A stretch of 64,000 nucleotides of DNA, taken from the NCBI GenBank assembly GCA_030867685.1, contig JAQOWU010000003.1, positions 496,001 through 560,000 of the forward strand, read 5' to 3'. The position numbers and the translations under genes were made by a program. The stretch comes from Wickerhamiella versatilis (taxonomy: Eukaryota). Below are positions 43,384 through 53,855 of the stretch, piece after piece; position 1 is the stretch's first letter; each line of letters starts with the position of its first letter. The notes below the pieces were generated by a model, which saw nothing but the letters and a program-made list of their open reading frames with translations, was not told the DNA's origin and did no database searches.

Positions 43384-45714
43384 ATGCATCGTGCTGACTC
43401 GTTAGTAAACCTACATTCCCACACACGTCATTTGCTAGGGATGGGTAGCGTTAATGGAACTGGGGCATCTACCAATGCCGGTCAAAACAGAGCGGTGCGG
43501 ATGCAATTGGGTGCTCCAGCATCGCGTGGATCCTCAGTAGGGCCAGAGGGCCCTACTAATACAGTTCGACAAGCCCCGCGGCCTCCGGCCCGTCGTTTTT
43601 TCAGTGTTGAGGATGATAATACTGAGCCTGATACCCCTCCGGAAGACGAAAATAATGAGGACTTAGCGTCTATCGCTAGTGATGAAAGTTTCACGCTTCG
43701 TGATAGGCAGGAGGCTATCAACTCGACTCATCCATTTGGTATTCGGATATGGAAGCCTGCTCTCTACAAAAAAAAGCGTTCGGTCGAGCGTGATGCAAAT
43801 GAGGATATACACTCGCGGCCAGATCGCTATGTGCCTTGGTATGTTCGAGCAGGAAATGTATTGTGGACCCTAACATGGGGAATGTTCCTTGGTGTTACAT
43901 GTCTTATTGCATCTTTACCTCTGATGATAGCTGCTTTTTTTTCAATCAGCGCCAGAGAGTATTTGGTTATGTTTCAGAACCTGGCTTTATACTTTGTTTG
44001 GCCATTTGGAAAATACATCCAGTTAATTAGTAGTGATGCATACCTGGAGGAGGATGCTGGTCAAGGAAGACCTCTGAGTGACTGGCTTGATTGGCATAAT
44101 AATGACGTTTCTCAGACTTCCCGATTATTTTTTGCCCCCCGTGCCCGTAGACAGTCACAATTGTTCGATAACAGAGATCGTAGACACAGGTTTTTTGGAA
44201 GGGGTAAGTGGACAGTTGGTCGCGCATTATTTTTTACCGGATTCTGGATATTAGTAGTACCTGTCGCTACCCTTGTTTCAGTACTTTGCTGGCTAGGCGT
44301 TTTCAGTATACCCATGGCTCGTGTAATTATGACTCTTCTTCATCATGCTAAGGCACATCCTCTCGCGCTTGCATTCAAGCCGTCAGTCCGTTTCACAGAT
44401 GCAGAAGCTGCTGATCCAGAGCGCTATGCCATTCTTATGTGTACTTATAGAGCATTTGGGTGGAAGTACTACAAGTATACTTGGCAGGGCACTAATATAA
44501 TCTTGCTTAATATGCTCACCCTTGTGATACTTACTATCGCTGACTTTTATATATTCCACCTATTTCCAGAATGGTTTCGTTTCACAATGTCTCTCCTCAG
44601 TATCATACCTTTAGCCCACTTCATCGGCCATGCCGTGGCTTCGATCTCTGCTCAGAGTTCTATGAGTATGGGTGCAACTATAAATGCATTTTTTTCTACA
44701 TTGGTCGAAGTTTATTTATATATAGTTGCCCTTACGCAAGGAAAGGGTGACCTGGTTGAAGGCTCCATTATCGGTTCCGTACTAGCGGGTGTGCTGCTAA
44801 TGCCGGGTCTAAGTATGTGCGCAGGTGCAATCAAGAAGAAAACGCAGAGATTTAATCCTCGTTCTACAGGTGCAACTAGCAATATGCTGATGTTTTGTGC
44901 CGCGGCACTGCTTGCCCCTACGGTATTCTATTCCTTTTACGCGCCTGTTGAGATCCATTGTGATGAGAACAATCAGTGTTGGAATGTAACTATACCCTTA
45001 GAGGGTGATGATCCACTTTATCTCTCTATCATCAAACCATTTAGTCTTGTTTGTGCCGTTTCTTTATTTCTAGGTTACGCTACAGGTTTGTTGTTCACGC
45101 TTCATACTCATGCTGCGGTAATATGGGCCACTCAAACTGCCGATGAGGAAGAAGATGTCGATTCAGAGGAAGGACCAAACTGGGGTCGCTTTAAGTCGTA
45201 TGTCATTCTGCTTACTGCAACTGTTCTCTATGCGATAATTGCGGAAGTACTTGTTGACTCCGTGGATTTCGTTCTAAATAATTTTGCCATCACACCTCGC
45301 ATGTTAGGAATTACTGTATTCGCATTGGTCCCTAATACAACGGAATTTTTGAATGCTATTTCATTTGCGATGTACGGTAATGTAGCACTTGGGTTAGAAA
45401 TTGGTTCCGCTTACGTTCTTCAGGTCTGCATGCTTCAAGCCCCCGTCTTAGTTCTGGCAAGCTTACAACTTGTTGGTCGCTATGCGGGCACTCTTCGGAA
45501 TCATGCGTTTATCTTTGTTTTCCCAACGTGGGATGCATGGGCAGTATTTATCGCCTATCTGTTGTACGTTCATGTACATTCTGAGGGAAAGTCAAATTAC
45601 TTTAAAGGGGTCATTTTGCTTCTGACGTATCTCGTACTTTTGCTAGGATATCACTTTTTCTCAGTGCGCGACGACCTACTTCCGACAGTCGTTTCAGCTA
45701 CGCCCGCCCACTAG
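43384..45714 (+). CDS. VNX1: Vacuolar monovalent cation/H+ antiporter (CAX family)
   Basis: ESFTLRDRQEAINSTHPFGIRIWKPALYKK, ISAQSSMSMGATINAFF, LVPNTTEFLNAISFA and EGKSNYFKG. Confidence 0.93.
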   Translation: MHRADSLVNLHSHTRHLLGMGSVNGTGASTNAGQNRAVRMQLGAPASRGSSVGPEGPTNTVRQAPRPPARRFFSVEDDNTEPDTPPEDENNEDLASIASDESFTLRDRQEAINSTHPFGIRIWKPALYKKKRSVERDANEDIHSRPDRYVPWYVRAGNVLWTLTWGMFLGVTCLIASLPLMIAAFFSISAREYLVMFQNLALYFVWPFGKYIQLISSDAYLEEDAGQGRPLSDWLDWHNNDVSQTSRLFFAPRARRQSQLFDNRDRRHRFFGRGKWTVGRALFFTGFWILVVPVATLVSVLCWLGVFSIPMARVIMTLLHHAKAHPLALAFKPSVRFTDAEAADPERYAILMCTYRAFGWKYYKYTWQGTNIILLNMLTLVILTIADFYIFHLFPEWFRFTMSLLSIIPLAHFIGHAVASISAQSSMSMGATINAFFSTLVEVYLYIVALTQGKGDLVEGSIIGSVLAGVLLMPGLSMCAGAIKKKTQRFNPRSTGATSNMLMFCAAALLAPTVFYSFYAPVEIHCDENNQCWNVTIPLEGDDPLYLSIIKPFSLVCAVSLFLGYATGLLFTLHTHAAVIWATQTADEEEDVDSEEGPNWGRFKSYVILLTATVLYAIIAEVLVDSVDFVLNNFAITPRMLGITVFALVPNTTEFLNAISFAMYGNVALGLEIGSAYVLQVCMLQAPVLVLASLQLVGRYAGTLRNHAFIFVFPTWDAWAVFIAYLLYVHVHSEGKSNYFKGVILLLTYLVLLLGYHFFSVRDDLLPTVVSATPAH

Positions 45715-46791
45715 ATTTTCAACATACTCAGCTATAGCCATGCTAGCCGTAAGTCCAGGGGATTCTATCCCCAATAAATTTATAAAACCGGGGAATCCTA
45801 CCTCCTCCCTAATTATAAAATCTTGGAAAGACTTGCTGTTCTTTGACAACTTAGGTCGAATACCGGCGTAATCCGGAACAAGAAGCGAAGTGTCAATATT
45901 TAAGTATTTCAATATTGCCTCTTTGGCTTTTTCCAAGTTTTGACAATTCACACTCAAGTCGTTAGGCGAATCTACCCATTCCAAATCAGGGCCAAATTTA
46001 ATACGTCCTTGCAAATCGAGTGTGAGATGAGTTCCCAAAGATCCTTGATCAGAAGGACAAGGATAAATCAGACGGTCCACCCTTGGCTTTGTACTTGAAT
46101 AGGAGAAGTAATTGCCTTTTCCAAAGTAGGGTTTCAAATGCCTCTGAGTTGGTAAGAGAAGATTACTGATGGCAGGAGCGTAGTGTCCCGCAGCATTTAT
46201 CACATGTGATGCTGTAACTACGGAATCATCAGCAGTTTTCACTTCATAAATGTCTCCATCTTTCGATAAACCCGTTACTTCCGTACATGTGGCCATATCT
46301 CCACCAGCATCTTGAAATTCTGCCTCATACCAGCTCATGAGTTCATGTGCAGATATAATCCCTGTCGTTGGGCTTTCTAGAATAGCTTCTCGAGCAATGA
46401 CTTCCGGTTCAGCTTTTTTAGCCTCATCCAAGCTTACCCACCGTAGAGGGACACCTGTAATTTCAGCGCGTCGTTTCATTTCATTAAGATACATACTTTC
46501 TTTTGGTGTCTGGGCTACGATCCATTTGCCACACTTCCTAAGACTCACCCCGGCTTTAGCAGCTCTTTCGTAGATCAAATTTTTCCCGCGAATGCATAAT
46601 TTAGACTTGAGAGATGCTGGAGGATGATATAAACCTGCATGAATCACTTCGGAATTGCGAGAGCTTGTTTCCTGTCCAGGCAAATGGTTTTTTTCTAAAA
46701 TAAGTACACTTCTACTTGCACGAGCGAGCCTTACTCCTATAGCCAATCCCACAGCACCCGCACCAACAACGACATGACAGAAATCGGGCAT
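45694..46791 (-). CDS. L-2-hydroxyglutarate dehydrogenase-like FAD oxidoreductase
   Basis: GAGAVG, ETSSRNSEVIHAGLY, LGTHLTLDL, FGPD, YAGIRPK and GIESPGLTAS. Confidence 0.92.
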   Translation of the reverse strand: MPDFCHVVVGAGAVGLAIGVRLARASRSVLILEKNHLPGQETSSRNSEVIHAGLYHPPASLKSKLCIRGKNLIYERAAKAGVSLRKCGKWIVAQTPKESMYLNEMKRRAEITGVPLRWVSLDEAKKAEPEVIAREAILESPTTGIISAHELMSWYEAEFQDAGGDMATCTEVTGLSKDGDIYEVKTADDSVVTASHVINAAGHYAPAISNLLLPTQRHLKPYFGKGNYFSYSSTKPRVDRLIYPCPSDQGSLGTHLTLDLQGRIKFGPDLEWVDSPNDLSVNCQNLEKAKEAILKYLNIDTSLLVPDYAGIRPKLSKNSKSFQDFIIREEVGFPGFINLLGIESPGLTASMAIAEYVENLVGGRS

Positions 46792-46839
46792 ATTAGGAGA
46801 ATCGATAAGTCAGCGAGTTTTCATGCTAGCTCGTTTTGT

Positions 46840-47823
46840 ATGCTAGCAGGTATACCAAAACGTGAGATTCAGCGTTATTTATATGAGCTGAAAGTTCCGC
46901 TACGCTATCGTCAAGTACAAAATGCCGTAGACTTGTGTTTGCGTGACCGTGATCCCGGTTCAACTCCACAATGTCTAATAGCTATTAAACGCGCATTAGA
47001 AACATATCGAAAACGAACTGGCCGTGTTTCTCGTGAAGCTGCAGCTGCAGAATCAGCACTACTTGAGTCCGCAGCTGAAATGGGTGATTATACTGCAATA
47101 GCGTTACTCTGTGGGTTCAGGTTGTCCGAACCTAATCCGGCAGAGGAAGATTTGAATGCCGGATCAAAGCTTCTGAAGGAGCTGATGGATAAAAGATTTC
47201 CCCTCGCTTTCAAGGTAAGCGGAGATATAGCCTATCGACTCGGTCGGCATAGTGAGGCCAAGAAATTTTACGAACTGGCTATCAGTAATGGAATAGAGGA
47301 TACATGGCTATCTATAGAATGCTTGCGGAATATTGGCCATATTGCATTTAAAGAAGCACACCTATACGAAGCTCGATCTGCCTTTTCTGATGCTTGTAAA
47401 ATTGCTGAAACCTCGGGTGAGATGCGACAGGTTGGAGACTGTCATTTTTATTTAGCCCAACTCAGGGAATCAGACAGAATCGCATACCGGAAACACCTGG
47501 AGAGAGCAGCAAGTACAGGTTTAAGTGATTCATTCATTCCGCTAGGTTTATTGCTGCTTAATTATTTTGGTGAACCCGAACTGGCCAGTGAGTGGTTCAA
47601 ACTAGCACTCACAACTGATGGGACAGGTGCTGCTGCTGTGGGTCTATTCGACTCCATGTTGAAACTGAAAAATACCAAGGAGGCACTAAAAGCCGCTGCC
47701 CGTATACCAGTAGACTTGCGGAAATTACGGTCGAAAGAGATAAGCCGCTTAACACAACCTTCTGAAGCTGGTAATTCGTCGTCCTCTTCTCTTCCACATG
47801 TTGTTGATCGCTGGAATTTTTAG
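46840..47823 (+). CDS. MSS2: Mitochondrial Cox2 export factor, TPR/Sel1-like
   Basis: P.KR.I.R.LY.L, LLE.AAEMGD.TAI, GD..Y, YLA.L, ASTGL.DSF.PLG.L.LNYF and EWFK. Confidence 0.8.
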   Translation: MLAGIPKREIQRYLYELKVPLRYRQVQNAVDLCLRDRDPGSTPQCLIAIKRALETYRKRTGRVSREAAAAESALLESAAEMGDYTAIALLCGFRLSEPNPAEEDLNAGSKLLKELMDKRFPLAFKVSGDIAYRLGRHSEAKKFYELAISNGIEDTWLSIECLRNIGHIAFKEAHLYEARSAFSDACKIAETSGEMRQVGDCHFYLAQLRESDRIAYRKHLERAASTGLSDSFIPLGLLLLNYFGEPELASEWFKLALTTDGTGAAAVGLFDSMLKLKNTKEALKAAARIPVDLRKLRSKEISRLTQPSEAGNSSSSSLPHVVDRWNF

Positions 47824-48162
47824 CTTTTTCTTAAAGAGATAAATAATCCTGATGTTGCTATTGAAGCAGTATTCTAGTAGAATCAAATTTAATTTTTTTA
47901 ATATAAATAGCATGTTGCCGCGTTTCAAGGTCAACCTTGTACTATTTAAGCTTGATAATTAGGTACTTACTGACGAAAGGTCCTCCATAAAGACAACAAA
48001 AGCCACACAAAAATATTGACAATTCCTAACATCGAATCACAGATTCTTTTCTAGTGTCTATTTCTTTTACCTCCCCATTAACCTAAATGAGAAGCATCTC
48101 AACAGTCAACTTACGAGTCTATCAAATTATAAACTGATGGTCCAGGTACTTGAATTACGGAA

Positions 48163-49293
48163 TTAGCCACGAACCGAATGGCGATTTCTTTCCTTTCGAG
48201 CTTTCTTGCTTTGCTCTTTTTTGGCTAATTTCCGTTGCTCCTTTTCGCTAAGCTGCGACTGACGCTTAAGTTTTTCACGAAGCTCTTCATTTTTCTTCTG
48301 CTCTGCCTCCTCCTTAAGTTTATTTTGTTCTTCCTTCTGTAACTTGCCAATCTCTTCTTCGCGCGTTATTCGTATCCTCCGGATTACATGGCTAGAAAAG
48401 ATGTTCTTATTATCAACAAGCTCGTCCACATAATCCACGGTAGCACGAAGAACACGTCGGATGGCTAAATCATCAGCTTCAGATGATGGATAAGAAAATC
48501 GCAACCGAATCACAGGCGATGGCAACACATCTTCAACCTTTGTTGGGGCCTTACTGGGTTGGTCAGTTATCACGAACCAACGAAGCACATTAGCAGCAGA
48601 GGCTAAGGTCTCTAGAAGAGATTTTGGCAAAGATTTTGGCATTTCATTGTGCTCATGCATAAATGTGAATTCTACTGGCAGCAACTCGCTATCGACTGTA
48701 TTGGTTAGCGACAAATAGTAGTTTTGCTTTCGACTTTCCTGCATTACATCTTTATGCACAATTCCTAAGATAAATGGAATAATTGCTTTGGGATTGTGCG
48801 GAGTGATAGTCACCTCAACAGCGTCTTCGAGTCCTTCGGCGCTCCGAAGTGAAGGCACAAGGAGGCCGATGGAGCTCAAAAGCATATTTTGGCGATCAAC
48901 AGCGGTGAACTTGATCAAAACACTTTCAATGTTTAAACGACCTGTAGCATAAGAAGTATATTGGGCCGCTGAGTCTTTAACCAAGAGACCACTTTTGGTA
49001 ACACCAACCTGGGCAAACTGGTCCTTAAGAACCGGCATTGCTGCCTCCATCCACCTCATGACCATCCGCTTATTCTTATTGCGACCCCACAGATACACCA
49101 ACAAATACAATACGACTGACGAAAATGCAATCAATTCCTTTCTCCAGTCATAAGCAAGGACGCGCTGAGTGAATGTCATTTCATTCCATTTTTCGGCAGG
49201 TATGTTATCAACGCCGCTAATCAAAGCCAAAATTTTCAAAAGCCCGTTCGGGGGTTCCGCAGCTGCCAACGTGAAGAGAGAAAGCCACCACAT
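48163..49293 (-). CDS. PAT complex subunit CCDC47 / YNR021W-like
   Basis: Signal peptide and TM helix, GRNKNK, QFAQVG, YTSYATGRLNI and a K/E-rich C-terminal coil. Confidence 0.9.
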   Translation of the reverse strand: MWWLSLFTLAAAEPPNGLLKILALISGVDNIPAEKWNEMTFTQRVLAYDWRKELIAFSSVVLYLLVYLWGRNKNKRMVMRWMEAAMPVLKDQFAQVGVTKSGLLVKDSAAQYTSYATGRLNIESVLIKFTAVDRQNMLLSSIGLLVPSLRSAEGLEDAVEVTITPHNPKAIIPFILGIVHKDVMQESRKQNYYLSLTNTVDSELLPVEFTFMHEHNEMPKSLPKSLLETLASAANVLRWFVITDQPSKAPTKVEDVLPSPVIRLRFSYPSSEADDLAIRRVLRATVDYVDELVDNKNIFSSHVIRRIRITREEEIGKLQKEEQNKLKEEAEQKKNEELREKLKRQSQLSEKEQRKLAKKEQSKKARKERNRHSVRG

Positions 49294-49409
49294 ATGTGTT
49301 TAGCTTACTCAGGCAGTAGCTCGCGAAATAAGCGGCGGCCATGAGGTCGGACGTAAATGAGATAAGTTGTAATTAAAGAATATATTTATTAATTAAAGAT
49401 CGTTGCAAA

Positions 49410-51398
49410 TTAGAAATAAAGAGAAACCATAATGCCCCAATCCTGTTGGATATCCCACCAATCACAATTTACACCTTCTTTCCGCCGTTTATGTACTTCT
49501 TGCACGACTTTGATAGCAGTTTGATAGCTTGAAAGACCTAAAGCACGCATATCCTGAAACCATAAATCATAGCGATTCCGCAGACTTGCATCATCCTCGG
49601 CAACCTCACAAGCACATATGAATCCTGTAAAAAGATAGGGTATACATACATTCTCGCTGTCCTCACGGTTAACACGGGTTATTGCCTCAAGATGATTTAT
49701 AGTACGGACCAACTGCGCCTGAAGTAAACTTGGTGGTACGTCCTTGGCCACACGATAGTGATAAACAACAAGCGATTCATAGAATGCAAGCGCATGGTGC
49801 ATGACGATAGATGCCTTCTTTCGATCAAGTGGCTCATCAGGTCTCAACCTAGCAAACTGTTCAGGCCATGATGCAAGCGCGGCTTCGAGGGATGCACAAC
49901 CTAATGACGTAGTCTCGCTGAATTTGCCATTAGTTCTTTCCTGATAGGCATATCTACTGACAACCACAGCCTCCTTCAGGAGCAATATAAGCGATTCGGG
50001 AACACCAAATGTGACGAGTGAGCTCACAGCTTCCCGCCTTTCTGTATTTTCAACAGAGACGCGGGGGATATATTCGCGAATATAATAATCAAACTCTGTG
50101 AAAGAATTCATTTCATTTAAAGGTTTCTGTCGACTCTCCATATGTGCTAAATCCTCCAGGCCTTGCACAGGCTGTAATGGGCTGTTCGCAAAAACTTGAT
50201 CGAGCCATTGTAGCTCCGTTCTTTCATGATTAGAGAAGCTCCCAGTTACCTCAATTAACTTCCTTAAAACAACAGTCCAACCACAAATGCGGTGCAGAAC
50301 CGATGCCTTGTGGCTGACCTTGGGCCTGGTTGCAATCCTTGACGATATCAATCGCTGCAGAGCTTCGCACGTTACCCCTGCAGCACTTTCGTCATTGGTG
50401 GTAAAATCGTACTGCACAATGCTGTATAGAGCTAAAAGCAGGTCTTTATAGTGACTTTCGTCATGCTCATCTAAACATTTGTTGAGCCACCAAAGCGCTG
50501 CTGTGTGCAGTCGCGCAGAAAGCTCGCCCAATGACATTTTTTTAGACTCAACACGGGTTTCAAGTCGCAAATGGTAAGCACTAATGGCAGCAACTGAATG
50601 GAGAAGTGTTTGGCGAGCATATGACGTTTCACCAGAGACAGACATGTCACCTATCGCCGACCGCACATGTGGACAGTATATAGTACTCCAGGCATTTTTC
50701 GAGTGACTTACGAAAGACATCAAGGGAACCATACGCTCATAATTGCGGAAAAGATAATTTGCCTGAGTTGTCAAAACCAGGTTCTTCCGAGCGGTATCAC
50801 TTTCAAGCACAATCAGTCCTTCATCATTTCTATTGACCTCAAATAGAAGTGGTTCTGTCTCCGAATGTAGCGATGATTGTGCAATTCCTTGGGCAAAAAT
50901 AGAACGCATATCAAATTCGGGTGCTAATGCTTCCCAAAGGGAAATATCTGGCTCTGTAGCTCTGAGTGGGGAAGGACCAGAATCAGTACTTAGAGTCGCA
51001 ACAGGAGAGACCGATGATGCAGGAGATACCATGTCTTCATTATTGTTGGCAAAAACACCGAACGGTCCAGACAAAGCGGTTTCTCTTGAAGTAGGCCTAT
51101 CCCTGCTGTTTAGTTTGTTTAAGGCATCATCAAGCTCTTCATAAGTATCAAAGAGCTGACTAGGAGGAAATTGAACAAAGTCTAATGTGCGCCGCAACAT
51201 TTTCCTCTCATTACTATTAGTATCATCCCCGGTCCAACGAAGACGCACGCTGTAACCCTCACAACTCCTTCCGGTTCTTAAACATTGACTACAGTATGGT
51301 TGAGCCCCATCGCACTTAATTCGCCTTCCTCTGCAGGTCCAACAGCCTGTGAATGTCTTGGTACGCTGGCTTATCGTCCTTTTTCTCTCGGAAGAGAT
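49410..51398 (-). CDS. ARG81: Zn2Cys6 transcription factor, Arg81-like; start codon anomalous (ATC)
   Basis: In frame upstream of the track ORF: KTFTGCWTCRGRRIKCDGAQPYCSQCLRTGRSCEGYSVRLRW. Also RR..DFVQ.P...F..YEELD, GPFGVF and a fungal TF C-terminal domain. Confidence 0.8.
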   Translation of the reverse strand: MSSERKRTISQRTKTFTGCWTCRGRRIKCDGAQPYCSQCLRTGRSCEGYSVRLRWTGDDTNSNERKMLRRTLDFVQFPPSQLFDTYEELDDALNKLNSRDRPTSRETALSGPFGVFANNNEDMVSPASSVSPVATLSTDSGPSPLRATEPDISLWEALAPEFDMRSIFAQGIAQSSLHSETEPLLFEVNRNDEGLIVLESDTARKNLVLTTQANYLFRNYERMVPLMSFVSHSKNAWSTIYCPHVRSAIGDMSVSGETSYARQTLLHSVAAISAYHLRLETRVESKKMSLGELSARLHTAALWWLNKCLDEHDESHYKDLLLALYSIVQYDFTTNDESAAGVTCEALQRLISSRIATRPKVSHKASVLHRICGWTVVLRKLIEVTGSFSNHERTELQWLDQVFANSPLQPVQGLEDLAHMESRQKPLNEMNSFTEFDYYIREYIPRVSVENTERREAVSSLVTFGVPESLILLLKEAVVVSRYAYQERTNGKFSETTSLGCASLEAALASWPEQFARLRPDEPLDRKKASIVMHHALAFYESLVVYHYRVAKDVPPSLLQAQLVRTINHLEAITRVNREDSENVCIPYLFTGFICACEVAEDDASLRNRYDLWFQDMRALGLSSYQTAIKVVQEVHKRRKEGVNCDWWDIQQDWGIMVSLYF

Positions 51399-51416
51399 GG
51401 CTTACGTAATAATCGA

Positions 51417-51863
51417 ATGCCCCCCGTAGCTTCTGGTGGTCGCCATCAGGCACGTACAAAGCTAAGTGATTTATTCACAGGTGATATAAAAGCCTTAATG
51501 TATGCCTTTGGCGATGTACCAAATCCCTACCCGGAAACAGTTGCAGTCATGGAAGATATCCTAGAGGATTATATTGCTCGCGTATGTGGTGAGGCTCAAA
51601 AAGTTGCTCGAGCAGGCAATCGCCAAAAACTTAAAGTTGACGACTTCAAATTCGCCTTGAGGCATGACCCCAAGAAGCTTGGTAGGGTGGAAGAGCTTCT
51701 TAGGCTCCAGAAGGAAATTGACCAGGCAAGAAAGACATTTGATAACTCGGAAGGCAAATCTTTATCTCGCACGTATGACGAAAAAACTGAAGCCCCTTCC
51801 ACAGCACCCACTGGTGACCAGGAAAGTGGATCAACTGGTCCGAATGTAGCTCCTAGCATGTAA
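51417..51863 (+). CDS. TAF13: TFIID subunit Taf13
   Basis: LF..DIKALMYAFGDVPNP, KLKVDDFKFALRHDPKKLGRVEELL and ARKTFD. First ATG is 51417. Confidence 0.93.
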   Translation: MPPVASGGRHQARTKLSDLFTGDIKALMYAFGDVPNPYPETVAVMEDILEDYIARVCGEAQKVARAGNRQKLKVDDFKFALRHDPKKLGRVEELLRLQKEIDQARKTFDNSEGKSLSRTYDEKTEAPSTAPTGDQESGSTGPNVAPSM

Positions 51864-51933
51864 TGATTTTATGACCATTTTTTTTAAGAAATGAATCCGA
51901 ATTATTAGTACAGAATAATACTAGTATGATGCT

Positions 51934-53430
51934 TTAAAGGTCTCTGATCTCTGTCTCGATACGTCCACCAGAAATGAATGACGACCAGCCATAGTTGACA
52001 TAGAATAATACTAAATGCAAGAGATTCCGGGGGAATTCGATATAAGACCGCATGATGAATTTAAGATGCATCTTTGCCTCTCCCCATGTCTGCTCCCACT
52101 CTAGACGGAATCTCGATTTGTCGAGTAATTTGATCTCTGCAAATTTGCGGAAAAGAGATATGGCCTCAACTGAATGAGAGAGACGGGAGAGTGTCTGCAC
52201 CAATGCAACCAATTCAGAACGTCTGAAGTCACCCAAAACTTCTGTGGTCTTTTCCATATTATCCTCGGGTTTTTCAGGAAGCTCCAGTAATATTTTTAAA
52301 GCCGTACCATAACCGGCTGTCTGAATTTTTCCCCACAATCGACAGCGTTCACATCCGACGCAGCTCATTAGAGCGTTTACATTGCGCATTCGACGCCGGA
52401 ATTCTTCTTTTAATGCTTCAGTTTCCGGCCCCTGGAACAGTCCGCTCTCATTAATACCACGTCTACTATTCTTTTCAATCCCATGGGCCAAGGCCAGAAG
52501 CCCCTTTCGAACACCCCTATCGGCTGCCGGTGAGTTGGGGGACGCGAAAACCAAATAATCATTGAAAGCGCTAAGTTTTTCCACAGCTCTGCTCACAAGC
52601 ACGTAATTAAGGAAAACATGGTTGAGACGGTCTTCGAACCATCCAACACGTCGAAAAAACTCGAACGGATTTGGTCCCCATGTCTGAGTAGTCGCATTAT
52701 ACCATTCGTAGCTGAGGTGCGTTGAAATACTTGCATGCATACCAGAAATCATTTTATAGAAGAGCCGTTGCTCCACACATTCCGGAGTTGAAACAAGCCC
52801 TGAAGCTGGGCCTATGCCAAGACCAGGAATTGTAGGCTGCTGGCGATAGTTCGTTTGAGCCGAGTCATCAAAATCTGCACCTGAATACCCAAAGCAATTT
52901 TCCATGTATACCATAGCCCACATATTACGCGCACTATCGCCAGTATAGCCCGTATAACGCTCGATATTATCATTTAAGTCAACCCATACACCGTCACTTG
53001 ATGTCGATTCGTCCTCAGGGAAGCAGTAATCGCCTTCGTGCAAAACATCCTCATCTGGGGGTTCTTCTGAGACCGAGTCAGCGCGGAGTCTACCCAGGAA
53101 CTGCGGGATATCTAGAGCTCGATCACTGTTCATTGGCGAAACCGCACAGTTGTTATTGACGCAGAGCGCCTCGTCATCCCCAAACGGGCACTGCTTTCCA
53201 CTTAGATCCACTTTGTATGTGGAAAAATAAGGGCTTGCTGCAAGTCGGTTGATAATATCTTTAACTTCGTCGTTCAAGTATACCACCTCACCTATTGTGA
53301 CATTTTCGGTATCCCTGATCTGTTCCTGAGATAAATCAAGAAGCATCTTGTTCTCACGGGAGTCCCGCGGCATACCAAATAAGTCTGCAGCGAGTACTGT
53401 ACCCAAACTAAGCAGCCAACATGGTCTCAT
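51934..53430 (-). CDS. ERO1: ER oxidoreductin
   Basis: CPF....C....CAV, ERYTGY, SGMHASISTHL and MSCVGCERCRLWGKIQTAG. Confidence 0.95.
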   Translation of the reverse strand: MRPCWLLSLGTVLAADLFGMPRDSRENKMLLDLSQEQIRDTENVTIGEVVYLNDEVKDIINRLAASPYFSTYKVDLSGKQCPFGDDEALCVNNNCAVSPMNSDRALDIPQFLGRLRADSVSEEPPDEDVLHEGDYCFPEDESTSSDGVWVDLNDNIERYTGYTGDSARNMWAMVYMENCFGYSGADFDDSAQTNYRQQPTIPGLGIGPASGLVSTPECVEQRLFYKMISGMHASISTHLSYEWYNATTQTWGPNPFEFFRRVGWFEDRLNHVFLNYVLVSRAVEKLSAFNDYLVFASPNSPAADRGVRKGLLALAHGIEKNSRRGINESGLFQGPETEALKEEFRRRMRNVNALMSCVGCERCRLWGKIQTAGYGTALKILLELPEKPEDNMEKTTEVLGDFRRSELVALVQTLSRLSHSVEAISLFRKFAEIKLLDKSRFRLEWEQTWGEAKMHLKFIMRSYIEFPRNLLHLVLFYVNYGWSSFISGGRIETEIRDL

Positions 53431-53528
53431 GGTTCAATTATTGGATCGAAAGGAAAGTCCTTCTGGGTTAGGGGGTCGCACAGAGACACCCTTATATACA
53501 CGAGACAGTATTTTTGTGGCAAAACTGC

Positions 53529-53534
53529 CACGTA
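53529..53534 (-). promoter_or_regulatory. UPRE-2-like TACGTG upstream of ERO1
   Basis: TACGTGGCA on the minus strand about 100 bp upstream of the ATG, with a TATATAAG box at about 53491-53498 between them. Confidence 0.45.
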
Positions 53535-53855
53535 GGTGGCAAGAATTCTATTATGTATTGAAACGATAAATTACCTATATGTCAATATAGTTTTAAAAGG
53601 CGTTGGTAAATCTAGTTTAAACGCACACAGATGTCTATTCCATCCTTATCTCTCCTATTCCTCATCCTGATACCATTTACGTAAGTTCATAAATCACTGG
53701 GAAACCCAGGAAAAACCCTGCGAACCGATTTTGCGTTTAATATAAAATATTATTGCCGTGACTATTCTCTAATAGTTGTAATCTGCCAAAAGCTCACCAC
53801 AGCTGAAAAAGATTGACTTGCTTACCAACCTTCTGGGACACCGGGAAAATTTCAC

